Part shown: positions 9,062-20,300 of the stretch, one piece after another
Numbering within the stretch: position 1 is the first letter of the stretch
How the letters are laid out: the number at the start of each line of letters is the position of its first letter
Virus record (IMG/VR): IMGVR_UViG_3300020042_003013
Coordinates: 1 to 26,151 of that record
Direction: 5' to 3' (one strand)
Length of the DNA: 26,151 nucleotides
DNA from: a virus
Taxonomy: Duplodnaviria > Caudoviricetes
Notes under the pieces: generated by a model
Databases searched by the model: none
What the model was told of the DNA's origin: nothing
The model's input: only the letters and a program-made list of their open reading frames with translations
Made by a program: the position numbers and the translations under genes

Positions 9062-9071
9062 GGAACATATC

Positions 9072-9758
9072 ATGAATAAATGGAAATTAAGTAAGATTAT
9101 CAAACATTATAAAGGGGATGGTGGTGGAACACAACAAATTACTACTCAAAACATCCCTGAAGAATTCAGACCAGCTATAAGAAATGTACAAAAATTTGCT
9201 ACAGAAGAATATGCATCAGGTAATCTAAGCAAAGTAGCAGGTCAAAGTGATTTACAAAAAAAATCTTTTGGATCAGCAGTACCTGGACTTGAAGAGATTG
9301 TTGCTGGTAATAGAGGGACATTAGAAGAACAACGTAGTCGTCTAACAGATATGGCTACTACAGGTGGCGCTGATGAACTTAGAGATGCTTTAGCATTAGA
9401 TATTGGTATGGGTAATGCTACTATAGGTAACCAATATGGTGGAGCTGGAACATTAGGTTCATATAGACAAAACTTAGCATCTGCAACTTCTGAGGATGCT
9501 GCCAAAGCAAAGTTTGCTCAACAAGTTATAGCTAACAAAGCTGCTGCTGAAGCAGGTTTAAATACAAATGCTTCAAGCATGTCTGCTGATCAATCTAACT
9601 TAATTAAAACCTTAGAATCTAGTGGTGGACAACAACGAAGTATTGACCAACAACAATTAGATGCAGCATACCAAGGTCTCCAACGATATGCTTCTACTAT
9701 TTATGGTAACCCAGCAAGACAATCTACACAAGTAGTACAAAGCGGAGGTGGTAAATGA
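9072..9758 (+). CDS. Internal virion / ejection protein
   Basis: N-terminal YKGDGGG, rich in Gln/Ala/Gly, no Cys, C-terminal SGGGK. Confidence 0.6.
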   Translation: MNKWKLSKIIKHYKGDGGGTQQITTQNIPEEFRPAIRNVQKFATEEYASGNLSKVAGQSDLQKKSFGSAVPGLEEIVAGNRGTLEEQRSRLTDMATTGGADELRDALALDIGMGNATIGNQYGGAGTLGSYRQNLASATSEDAAKAKFAQQVIANKAAAEAGLNTNASSMSADQSNLIKTLESSGGQQRSIDQQQLDAAYQGLQRYASTIYGNPARQSTQVVQSGGGK

Positions 9759-10336
9759 TGGCAAATGATCCTTGGAATTGGACTAATCAACAACAACCAC
9801 AAGTACAACAAACTGTTCCATTATCTAATGTTGTTGCTCCATTACAAGCTAGTAATGAACAAATGCAGCCAGGACAAGTTATGTATGAGCAACCTAATAA
9901 AGATGTTCAACAACTACAAAGTATGGCACTTGGCAAAGGTGCTGAAAAAGGTAGTGCATATGTTTATGACAAGTATAAACAACTTACAGTACCTACCCAA
10001 CCCCCATTAGCTAATCCTACCTTTACATATGGAGCTGCTCCTGTTGCTACTGGAGCTGAAGTAGTTGCAACACAAGCACCAATGATGGCTACTACACCAT
10101 TAGCTGCTTCAGGTATTCCAATGGCATCCGCAAGTATGGCTCCTGAAGCTGCAGCCCTTGGAGCAGAAGCTTTAACAGGTGCTACTGTAGCAGCACCACT
10201 AGCAACTACTGCAGCAACTACTGGAGCAGCAACTACTGCAGCGGCTGCTGGTGAGGCAGGTATGCTTGCAGGTATGGGGCCAATTGGTTGGGGTATAGGC
10301 GCATTAATGTTAGCTAAGTCAATGAAATGGATTTAA
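9755..10336 (+). CDS. Internal virion / ejection protein with C-terminal hydrophobic helix
   Basis: Ala/Pro/Gln-rich, ends AGMGPIGWGIGALML, no Cys. Confidence 0.55.
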   Translation: MMANDPWNWTNQQQPQVQQTVPLSNVVAPLQASNEQMQPGQVMYEQPNKDVQQLQSMALGKGAEKGSAYVYDKYKQLTVPTQPPLANPTFTYGAAPVATGAEVVATQAPMMATTPLAASGIPMASASMAPEAAALGAEALTGATVAAPLATTAATTGAATTAAAAGEAGMLAGMGPIGWGIGALMLAKSMKWI

Positions 10337-10337
10337 A

Positions 10338-13013
10338 ATGGGACCACTATCTGCTAAACAACACAGAGAGTACCTAAAGTTTGCTTCACAAGAAGCCAGA
10401 GAAACAGCTAAGATGGAACGGGAAGAAGCCCGTAAACAATCTTTACATGAGATAAAACTTATGGAAGCTGCTGGTAAAGCGGGACAAGCATTAGGTCAAA
10501 AAGAAGAAGTTCACAAATATAAAATGGGTACTCTAGGTGCTCCATTAAAACTTAAGACACCTAACCCATTAGCTGGCACAGAGATTTTTAAACGTGGTCA
10601 GCATATGCTACCATATCAAGCAGAAGATAAGGCTAAAGCCAGAAAAGCAGCTAAAGAAAATACTGATACAGTACCCGCTATGTTAACTCCTGGAGAAGCT
10701 GTTATCCCTCAACCTGCTGCACAAGACCCTAAGAATAAACCTATTATTAAACGTATGGTTCAAGAAGGTAGAGAAGCTAATAACAATCCTCGTAAAAACA
10801 AACGTAAGTATTCTGATGGTACTATGGATGTTGATAGTTATCGTGATGGCTCTGTTAACATTGTTAACTCAGATGTTATCCCTAGTAGAGTACAACAAGC
10901 TGTTGGATACAATGAAGGAACTATTCAAGTACCAGTACCCTCATTAGCATATGAGCATTCAGATGTTCCTGGATCTTCTTTTAAGCATGGCACTGAAAAC
11001 GTACCTGAGTTTAGCAGAGGTAGTTCTGATAGACAATACTATGAAGATGGTACTGAAGAAGTACCTATGCTTAGTAATATGTACAAAAATATTAGAGAAA
11101 TAATTGCTCCACAACCATATATAAAACAAGAACCATATACTAATAGTAAACCTTTAATTCCAACTGAAGCTAGAGGATCTATACCTGTAATGGCAGAGGT
11201 TGTTCCTACACCTGTAGTTCAAGAAGTAACTAATCCAAAAGTAGTAGAAGAAGCAGTAATAGATAATGCTATTCCACGTTATACTGATCCAACTAAAGAA
11301 ATTAATAGTGAAATAGTAAAGACTATTACAAGTACTCCTGAAGCTGTTCAACCTAATAAAACAATTGTTGAAGTTCCTAAACCAATTACTACAACTTCTG
11401 ATACTTATTTTGTTAATAATCGTTCTCCTGTACCTCAAGTAGCTAATGAGAAAACTAGTACATATTATCCTAATAGTGTTACTGAGGTTGTTAATCCTGT
11501 TCCAAGCATACCTGAAGCTAGTGATGCAGAAATGAGAGCATTAGCAAATACTAATGATAGAATTGTTCCTCCATTAAAGCCAGAAGAAGATGATACAAGA
11601 CCTGAGTACTGGATTAAACAATTAAAAGGTTCTCAAAAAGATGTTGATAAAGCTATGGCTAATAAAGATGATGAGTCAGCTATTAAGTCACTTCAAGATG
11701 TGTTTACATATAAAGGTATTAAAAGTCTTTTAGGTTTAAATGATCAAGAAGTTGCTCGATTAGCTGTAGCTACTGTAGCAGGTCGTGCTATGGGTTATGA
11801 TACTGCTCGTGCATTATCTTTTGGTGGTAAGCAAGCATTTGAAACTTCTTTACGTAGACAGGCTCAAGAAGAAGCTAACAAGCGTCAAGATAAACAATTA
11901 GCTGCTCAGACAGAACGTGAAGATATGCGTACTGCTATTACGTTAGCTGGACAAGCTAAAGCTGATAAGAAAGCTACTGCTGCTGCTGCACTTGCTGAAA
12001 AGAAATACGACTTACAATCTAGAATAGCAGATGCTAAAGAAGTATCTGAAAGAGAATATCGTAGATTCCAACAATTAAAAGAAGATAATAAATGGAATTT
12101 TGAAAAGTCTAATGCTGCCAGAAAAGATCAAGAAAATCTTAATGATAATTTACAAAAGTATTTAGCTATGGATGTTAATCCTGCAGTAAGAGCAAAAGCT
12201 TTAGGTATGGTATCAAGCTCTAAAACACCTGAAGAGTGGTTAACTAATATGCGTAATGCTACTACTTTTTTAGCGGCTAACGTTGAACATTATCGTGCTC
12301 CAGTTCGTGATCCAGTAGATCGTCAACCAAAAGAAATGATGGTTAATGGTGTACCTATGATGATCCAATTTAAAGGTAACAATTATCAAACTCCTGATGG
12401 TAGATTAATACCACCTAACGCAGTTAGAAGTATTGAAGGTTATAAATATGAAGAACAAAAGGTTGCTGATAAGGTTGAAGCTTTAATACCTGAAGGTTCT
12501 AAAGACAAATTTGGAAAACCATATAACGCTAAAGCAATAGGTAATAATGCTAACAGAATACTTAATAGTGTGTCTGGAGGTTTAAGTATTGATTCTAAAG
12601 CTGATGTTATAAATTCATCTATTCCCCAACTTTTAGAAAGCGGAGTTCAAGACCCTGCTACTATTAGTCAAGTTATTCGCGGTAATATTACTAAAAATCT
12701 AAGTCCATCAGATAAAAATTTATGGAGAGAAATTAAAGGTAAAACTTTATCTGCAAATTCTATGGCTGAATTTACTAATACTTTAGATATAATTAAAAAT
12801 AATGCAGCTTCTCAGGGTCAAGTGATTGATGATCAAACTGCTTTTGAAGCTTTAAAAAGAAAATTTAATGATATACCAGCTGATGTTAGAACTAAAATGG
12901 AAAAAGCTAATCTTACCCAAGATGGTTATAGTGTGTTCCAAGATTGGGCTATAGCAACAACTAAAGGCAGTCCTAAATGGAAGTCTTATATTGAGCCTAC
13001 TACTAAAAAATAA
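10338..13013 (+). CDS. Large internal virion / ejection protein
   Basis: 891 aa with DTVPAMLTPGEAV motif, repeated [YF]x[DEH]G[TS] motifs, Pro/Val/Glu-rich linker, coiled coil, no Cys. Confidence 0.6.
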   Translation: MGPLSAKQHREYLKFASQEARETAKMEREEARKQSLHEIKLMEAAGKAGQALGQKEEVHKYKMGTLGAPLKLKTPNPLAGTEIFKRGQHMLPYQAEDKAKARKAAKENTDTVPAMLTPGEAVIPQPAAQDPKNKPIIKRMVQEGREANNNPRKNKRKYSDGTMDVDSYRDGSVNIVNSDVIPSRVQQAVGYNEGTIQVPVPSLAYEHSDVPGSSFKHGTENVPEFSRGSSDRQYYEDGTEEVPMLSNMYKNIREIIAPQPYIKQEPYTNSKPLIPTEARGSIPVMAEVVPTPVVQEVTNPKVVEEAVIDNAIPRYTDPTKEINSEIVKTITSTPEAVQPNKTIVEVPKPITTTSDTYFVNNRSPVPQVANEKTSTYYPNSVTEVVNPVPSIPEASDAEMRALANTNDRIVPPLKPEEDDTRPEYWIKQLKGSQKDVDKAMANKDDESAIKSLQDVFTYKGIKSLLGLNDQEVARLAVATVAGRAMGYDTARALSFGGKQAFETSLRRQAQEEANKRQDKQLAAQTEREDMRTAITLAGQAKADKKATAAAALAEKKYDLQSRIADAKEVSEREYRRFQQLKEDNKWNFEKSNAARKDQENLNDNLQKYLAMDVNPAVRAKALGMVSSSKTPEEWLTNMRNATTFLAANVEHYRAPVRDPVDRQPKEMMVNGVPMMIQFKGNNYQTPDGRLIPPNAVRSIEGYKYEEQKVADKVEALIPEGSKDKFGKPYNAKAIGNNANRILNSVSGGLSIDSKADVINSSIPQLLESGVQDPATISQVIRGNITKNLSPSDKNLWREIKGKTLSANSMAEFTNTLDIIKNNAASQGQVIDDQTAFEALKRKFNDIPADVRTKMEKANLTQDGYSVFQDWAIATTKGSPKWKSYIEPTTKK

Positions 13014-13030
13014 ACTGAAAAGGGGTTATT

Positions 13031-16000
13031 ATGAAATCGTTAGATGACTATGTTAATGATGTACTTGCTGATAATGCAGCTATAGCCCCTCCTTCAGGCT
13101 CTGCTTTAACTGTTAATAGTAAAAAGGTTCAAGGCCCTCAGAAGTGGGTTGACCCTGATACTATTAAAGTAAATAATAAAGATTATCGTATTGAAGGTTA
13201 CAATGCACCTGAAGTTGCACATAGATATGATGGCTTATTTATTCCTCCACAAGATCAAGGGATAGCTCCTCAAATACCTAAGATACTTAACCAAGCAGGA
13301 TTTACTGATGTACAACCTACTGGTAAGTCAAGTTACGGTCGTCAAGTAGCTAAGATTGTTAATCCTAATACTGGTGAAAATGCTGGTGATTTTTTAACAA
13401 GAACTGGTATACAAGAGCCTAATCAATTTTCTGATAAAGATTCTGCTGTTGAATATTACAACATGCAAGCTCTTATGAAGGCCTTTCCTAGTAGAGCTAA
13501 ACAAGATCCAATACTATCCGAAGTAGTTAAAGAGAATGATCGTAAAGACAAAGAGTTTGCTAGTAATGGTATGCGCCAATACAGCCCTAAGATAAATGTT
13601 TTTAACGAAGAACAATTTGCTGCTTATAAAAATGGTACGGGTATTAAAGGTATTAATAATGCTAGAGATACTATTAAAAAGATTGATGCTATATTAGCTA
13701 GTGAAGGTAAACCTGAGTTAACACCTGATTTAAACGCAGTAGGTTTTGATGGTGCTATGTCTTATACAACAGGTGGTGGTCAACAAATACCTCCTGAAAT
13801 TAAAGCTAAATTATTAAAACAAAAAGAAGCAGCACAACAACAAATGTTTTATGCTTCTTATTTACCTGATGTAATAGGTGGTGTACAGTTCCGTAGTGAT
13901 GACAGAACTTTAATGAATCAAGCTTATAACCAACAAGGTACTGCTTTTTATAGTGCTCTTAAAGATATGTCTAAAGGCTTTTGGGGTAACGTAGAAATGG
14001 TTGGTGAGAAAACTGGTTGGGATGAACTTAAAGACAATGCTAAAGCACATGTCAATGGTATTAAAAGAACTCAAGCAGATTTACCAGCAACACTATCTTC
14101 GTTTAGAGATATTAATACTGACTCAGGTTGGTGGAATACAGCTAAGGATTCATTAACCTATACAGGAAACTTATTTGCAGGTACACTACCTCAAATGGTT
14201 ACTATGGTAGGTGCTGCTGCTGTAGCTCCTGCGGGTGTAGTAGGTTTAGGTTTGTCTACAATACCTGGATCTTTCTTTTATACAGGCCAATTTTATGCTG
14301 ATCAACCTGATGATAAAAAGAATGCTACATTAGCTATTACTGCTGGCATTGGTTCAGGTGTATTAGATAGAATAGGTCTTGACTTTTTATCTGGTAAGCT
14401 AGGTTCTGGATTGTTTACTATTACAGGTAAAGAAGAAATCATTAACGCTATGATTCAAAACGGTAAAGCAGCAACTAAGCTAGAAGCCGAAAACCTTTTA
14501 CAAAATGCTACTAAGCAAGAGATACTAGCGTTTACAGGCTTTGGAAAAGAATTTGCTACAAGACAATTAATGTCTATAGAAGGCGCTTCTAAAGCAGGTG
14601 GTAGAGCTGTTGTAGCAACAGGCGGTGAAGGTGGTACTGAGCTAATACAACAAGAACTCCAAATGCTAGGACAATCAGGTCAATTTAACCGTAACTATAA
14701 ATATGATTTAAGTTATAAAGACCAGTTAGAAGATGCCTTTATTGGTGGTGCTGTTATGGGTGGAGGCTTTCATTTAGCTCGTGGAGCAGGTGATATGGCT
14801 GGATGGCATTCAGCAGTAAATGCTCAAACACTTTATGATAAAACTGTAAGTGATTCACAAGCTTTTAATGCTGATAACCAAGAACGTGTAGTAAATCAAA
14901 ATGGGGGTTATACCGATATTACTCAGTTAGCTCGACAAACCGCTGTTCAACCCTCAAATTATACTGATACTTCTTTAACTAATTTACCTACAAACAAAGG
15001 ATGGTTTGAAGGTATTAAACAAACAATAGCAGATCCTTTATCTTTGTGGAGACAACTAGGTCACACTGCTATACCAAGTATTACAGATGATAATGGTAAT
15101 TTTAAATACAACTTAGCTTATCTTAAATCTATAATGGGTGGCTATGGTATATTGCCAGGAGATTCTGCTTCTGTATTCCAACAAAAATTAATGGGTAAAT
15201 GGGAAGATGGTGGAGCTTATTCTTTAGCTTCTAAGCTAACTGGTGTAATGGGTTTTGGTGTTAACAAACAAGTTGTTAACGAAATGGTTAAAGAAGCATA
15301 CAATAATTATTGGTCTCAGAATCTTCAATTACCACTTAATACAGAACAAAACGTTATATTACAAAAGTGGAAAGAAAATTTAGACAAAACTAGATTGTCT
15401 ATGATGCAATCTGCTATTGATGCTGGCTTACCATTTAGTAATTTAGCAGATGAAAATGCTTTGTTTCAATCATCTCGTATTGATGTTTCTAAGCTTAATA
15501 GTAACAAACCACTTATTGTAAATGAAATGGTTAGTAATGGAGCAACAAGGTCTGATGCTAGTACTGCTGTTAATAATCTTAATAGCCCTAATAAAGCGAA
15601 GGCAAGTGCTGCAGTAGATTACTTATCTCAATATGGTTTCTTTACTAATCCTAACTTGCAAAATATATTTCAAAGTAATATTCTTGATAGTATTGAGCAT
15701 ATGAAAGAAAGAACTGCACAGCAAGTTATGCACGCAACTTATCTTGGAAAAGACGGTAATATACTTGGTAAGCTTTTGTTAGCAGCTAAAGATGCTGGTG
15801 AGTTTAATGATTCTAATGGTGTGTTTGATGAGAAAGCTTTTAAGGCTGCTACAACAGAAATAAGAGCATGGTATGATATTACTAATAATGACTACAATAG
15901 TATTGAAAGTCCTTTCTTAGCTTCTGCACAAAATTATTTAATCACAATGACATTGCTAGCTTCATTGTCTAAAGCAGCTGTTTCTTCTCAAGCTGAAGCT

Positions 16001-17332
16001 ACATTAGCAACATTAGGTACACCTGCTTCTCTGATAGGTAAACAATTATCTAATTATGCTAGTGAATATGCTACTGAATATGCTACTGATATGGCTAAAG
16101 GAGCTTCATTTGCAGCATCATTGTTCGGTATTAAGCATCTAAGACAAGTACCTGATGTACGCCTACAAGAAAGATTAAATCAACTATATAGTAAGTTAAC
16201 TACTCCTAATGCTTCTCAAGAATCTTTAGATGCAACACAAAAAGAAATAGATGAGTTACATGAACGTTTTTTTAATAGAAAAACATTTAGCAGACTAGGC
16301 TTTGCTGAAGCTGGTTTTGATGCTTCTAATAAATATGATTTTGGTGGTACTGACGCTAACAAACTACGTAAGATTATGGGTGTGTTTGTTTCTGCTATTT
16401 CTTTAAGAGCACAAACAGACTCTAACCGTATGGCTGTTCTTAGTATTGCTGGTGATATTATGATGACTCAACTTAATACCCTTAGTGGTGTTGATCCTGC
16501 TATTCGTAATGTTGCATTTGCTACTGGTCAAGGTTTAACTGTAGAACAACAACAAGCTTTAATTCAATTACAACAGTACGGTTTAAATGTACCTCAAATG
16601 CTTAATGCTATAGATTTTATGGGTAGTCAATTTAATATGTCTCCTTTTGAAGGTGGATTTTTAAGTGCAGAACAAGAAAATCCTATGTATGAAGCTATAC
16701 AAGATAATATTTATACTGCATTAATTAATTTTGTTGACTCTCGTATTGTTAATCCACAACCATTTAATACACCAAAGATCTATAATGATCCAAGGCTTAA
16801 GATGCTTACTACTATGCAGAAGTTTATGGGTACAGCTACTGCTGTTATTCTACCTAGACTTTATAAGCAGTACATCCTTAATGGTAGTGTTGGTATGAGG
16901 TATGATGCTTTTGCTACTATAGGTATGACGCTAATAATGAGTACATTTGTTAATATGCTTAAAGATCAATTATCATATGGTGAAGATAGTCCATATATAA
17001 AGAATAAAGCAAAGAAAGCTCAACGTATTTTAAACTCATCAGGATTACTTGGTCAAGCAGAAAAGATAACAGAAGCTATATCACCTACTATTGAATTTAG
17101 TAGTGCTAAGTTTACAGAGAACCCTGCAGAATGGGCTGTAGATAAAGCTAAAGGAATGTCTCCTGTTGTATCATGGGTAGCTAAACCTATTGAAGGAGCT
17201 TACGCAATATCAGAAGGTAAAGATTTAAAGGGTGCTAAAAAGATAATGAGGGCTATGCCTGTTATTGGTAGCTTCCCCGCAGCAAGTAACTATACAGCAG
17301 AAGAATTTGTAAATGCTTTTAAGGGAAAATAA
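13031..17332 (+). CDS. Large internal virion protein (T7 gp16-like role) with N-terminal thermonuclease (SNase)-like domain
   Basis: 1433 aa. N-terminal VDPDT..RIEGYNAPE..YGR, Gly/Ala hydrophobic segments, C-terminal IVNP...P....DP......Q.F.......LPR pattern, no Cys. Confidence 0.6.
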   Translation: MKSLDDYVNDVLADNAAIAPPSGSALTVNSKKVQGPQKWVDPDTIKVNNKDYRIEGYNAPEVAHRYDGLFIPPQDQGIAPQIPKILNQAGFTDVQPTGKSSYGRQVAKIVNPNTGENAGDFLTRTGIQEPNQFSDKDSAVEYYNMQALMKAFPSRAKQDPILSEVVKENDRKDKEFASNGMRQYSPKINVFNEEQFAAYKNGTGIKGINNARDTIKKIDAILASEGKPELTPDLNAVGFDGAMSYTTGGGQQIPPEIKAKLLKQKEAAQQQMFYASYLPDVIGGVQFRSDDRTLMNQAYNQQGTAFYSALKDMSKGFWGNVEMVGEKTGWDELKDNAKAHVNGIKRTQADLPATLSSFRDINTDSGWWNTAKDSLTYTGNLFAGTLPQMVTMVGAAAVAPAGVVGLGLSTIPGSFFYTGQFYADQPDDKKNATLAITAGIGSGVLDRIGLDFLSGKLGSGLFTITGKEEIINAMIQNGKAATKLEAENLLQNATKQEILAFTGFGKEFATRQLMSIEGASKAGGRAVVATGGEGGTELIQQELQMLGQSGQFNRNYKYDLSYKDQLEDAFIGGAVMGGGFHLARGAGDMAGWHSAVNAQTLYDKTVSDSQAFNADNQERVVNQNGGYTDITQLARQTAVQPSNYTDTSLTNLPTNKGWFEGIKQTIADPLSLWRQLGHTAIPSITDDNGNFKYNLAYLKSIMGGYGILPGDSASVFQQKLMGKWEDGGAYSLASKLTGVMGFGVNKQVVNEMVKEAYNNYWSQNLQLPLNTEQNVILQKWKENLDKTRLSMMQSAIDAGLPFSNLADENALFQSSRIDVSKLNSNKPLIVNEMVSNGATRSDASTAVNNLNSPNKAKASAAVDYLSQYGFFTNPNLQNIFQSNILDSIEHMKERTAQQVMHATYLGKDGNILGKLLLAAKDAGEFNDSNGVFDEKAFKAATTEIRAWYDITNNDYNSIESPFLASAQNYLITMTLLASLSKAAVSSQAEATLATLGTPASLIGKQLSNYASEYATEYATDMAKGASFAASLFGIKHLRQVPDVRLQERLNQLYSKLTTPNASQESLDATQKEIDELHERFFNRKTFSRLGFAEAGFDASNKYDFGGTDANKLRKIMGVFVSAISLRAQTDSNRMAVLSIAGDIMMTQLNTLSGVDPAIRNVAFATGQGLTVEQQQALIQLQQYGLNVPQMLNAIDFMGSQFNMSPFEGGFLSAEQENPMYEAIQDNIYTALINFVDSRIVNPQPFNTPKIYNDPRLKMLTTMQKFMGTATAVILPRLYKQYILNGSVGMRYDAFATIGMTLIMSTFVNMLKDQLSYGEDSPYIKNKAKKAQRILNSSGLLGQAEKITEAISPTIEFSSAKFTENPAEWAVDKAKGMSPVVSWVAKPIEGAYAISEGKDLKGAKKIMRAMPVIGSFPAASNYTAEEFVNAFKGK

Positions 17333-20300
17333 ATGGCAATTAATGTAAATGTAAATACGCAAGGCAGAGCACCCTTAAGTGCAGAGCAATTGCAAGCATT
17401 CTCTAGTCAAGCTTTTGGCACTGGCTCTGCACCTCAGGTAGAAATACCTGGGACAGAAGCAGTTAAACAAGCTATGGATATATATAATCCTCAACCTATT
17501 CCTGTAGTACCTCTACCAGCTAGGGGTATTGCTGGACCAATAAATGTAGATAGACTATCTGCTGAATCAACCCCTGAAGATTTAGCTCAGGCTACCCAAT
17601 CATCTCTTGCTGGCAGAGAAAGACTAAGCTTAATAGAAGATGAACAAGGTATGCCTCAGTTTAATCCTGAGACTGGTGAGTATGCAACTCAACCTATCAC
17701 TATGGCTGAGTATGGTCAACAACAAGAAGCTGACCTAGCTACTAGACCTAATATGGCTCCTGCCTTAATGACTGAAGATCCAGTAGAGGCAGGTCAAGCT
17801 ATCCTTAGAGCAAGGGCATCAGTATCTTCAGCTGAATCTATGCCAGCGGGTACATCTCAGTTTATGGGTATAGATGATAGTACTATTAAACAATGGGCTG
17901 ATACTGCTGCACCAGCATTAAGTATGGTTTCAGATGCTACTGCTGCTGACTTGTTTAGTCCTGAAGCAGTTATCAGAAGTACTGCTGAAGGGTATTATGG
18001 TGTTCCTGCTGGTCTAGAGATTATGAATACTAATAATATTCCTTTAGAGTATGCTAGACCCTTGTCTACAGTATTAGGTATTGCACATGCAAGAGCTACT
18101 GAGCAATCAAGGCTCTTTAAGAATGGTACTAAGATAGATTCATTAGAGAATGTTACTGAAGTAAGAGATGCTAATGGTAATCTTATGGATGCACAACCAA
18201 AGACTAATTTAGTTAACTCTACTATTGCTTCAATGCAGAATGCGTTATCTAATCTAGGAATGGATATACCTCCTGAAGCAGTAAGACAATTAGCAGAAGC
18301 TAAAGTTGAAGCAGAGATTGCTCAACATCGTCATACTCCTATGTTAGATAGAAATAATAATTGGGTGTATGGTTCTTCTAAAGAACTAAAAGATTTATCA
18401 GCTGAATTAAGTTATATGTCTGCCGCATTAGCTGGTGATGAACGTAGGCCTTTACCTTCTAAAGTACCACAAATATCTGGTTCTAATTTTATTAAACCTG
18501 GTTCACAAGGTACTAAAAATTCCTTACCTATGGAAGGTGCTAAACAACCTGTAGCTGAAACAGTTAAAGATATCTTTGGTTCTATTGGTGAAATCTTTTT
18601 ACCTAAAGCTATGATGTCTACTAGTATGCAATTAGAAGATATTAAAAGGAATATGGTAGATGGCCCAGAAGGTTATTATTCTGCAAGCCCATTTTCTAAA
18701 CGTCATAAAGTATCTTTAGCAGATTATAACAAACTTAAACAAAGAGTTAAGCCACCCAGTGATTATGATGCTAATAACCCAGTATCAAGAGCTAAGTTTG
18801 TTGAGTTACAAAATCAACATGCAAAAACTACTATAAATAATGCTATTCAATTTATGGAGTATGACTTAGAAAATGCTCAAAAGATTAAAGGTGTAGTGTA
18901 TACTGGTTATTCTCACTCAATGGCTAACCAACGATTCTTCAGAACTAATGCTGGAACTGATATACTAGCGTCTAAAAATGCTACTCGTGAGATGCTTAAC
19001 TTTGGTATTCAAGGTTTAACTTACGCTAATCATTTCTTTGATCCTGTTAAAATTAAAAATCTACAAGACAAAGCAATGGGTATATTTAGCAAGTCAGGAA
19101 AAGCTCGTAACAAAGCTTTAATGGCATTAACACCTGATGAAAGAACTGCTCTTGGATTAATGGAGTCTGCAGTAATTAATTATTATAGCTACAGTGGTGA
19201 TCCGTCTGTACATAATAAAGATATTAAGAAACAACCTGAGATACAATTAATTAGAATGTATACTCCTGATATTGGTAAACATTTAGGTGTTTTAGGTAAA
19301 GAATATAATGATTGGTTATCAGGTAATGTACCTGAAGGTTCAAACATTGTTAACATACTTGCTAATATGCCTAGAGGTGAAGCTCAATCACATCAAAATC
19401 TTTATGATGACTTCTTTCAATTAGGTCAAGCAGCATTAGACCCTGCAATGGCTAATCGTTTTATTAAGCTTAGTGCTTTAAATTATGATGATGGAAACCA
19501 AAATGGTATCTTTATTCAATCACTATATGCAAGCAAACCTACTGTTGCAATTAGATTAGGTTCTTATAACCCTAACCTTGCTGACATGCGTGGTTATGCT
19601 CTTAGTATTATTGGAGATCATTTATCTACTTTAATTGTAGATAATAAAGATAGGCTTGATGGTTGGAAAATTTTCTTTAGTGAAGCATTAAATGAAAAGC
19701 TAGCATCTGATCTATTCAAAGCACCATTAATGCAAAATGCTTATGGTAAAGATTCTGGTATGTTCTTTGATCATGTATTATCTTTCTTAGAAAACTCTCA
19801 AGAATATAATGCTATTTTTGCTGAACGTGTTTTACCTAACTATAACAGCTCAACTGAGGCAGCTCAAGACTTATCTAACGCATTAGATTCAACCTTAAGA
19901 AAAGTAATTGATCCAAGCTTCACACGTATGCTTAAAAAAGTAGGTCGTATGTTTGCTGTTATGAACTCGATACCTATTTTAAAAGGTATTACTGGTGATG
20001 ATACTGTGTACTCATCTGTTGATTTAGGTTTTATACCTGATGAATTCAGAAATGTAGAAGGTACTGGTGTTACTCCTGAAGGACAACAATATACTACATT
20101 AGATAAAGGAGTTGAAACAAATACTTACTTAGCTCCTGAAGGTATTGTTGAGGTACAATCTGCAAGAAGAATGTATAATGCTGCTGCTTCTAAGCCTAAT
20201 CAATCATTCTATAATAAAGCTAAAAACAAATTTGATTTGTTTGAGAACGCCCCTGGCTCTGCATTGTCTAGACTATTAGGTGTTATGCCTATTCAATCTA

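Noticed and set aside
16058-16093. 12-nt tandem repeat (ASEY-ATEY-ATD), and similar runs at ~10200-10245 and ~850-880
   Set aside because: Short in-frame coding repeats with no spacers; not CRISPR or regulatory arrays.
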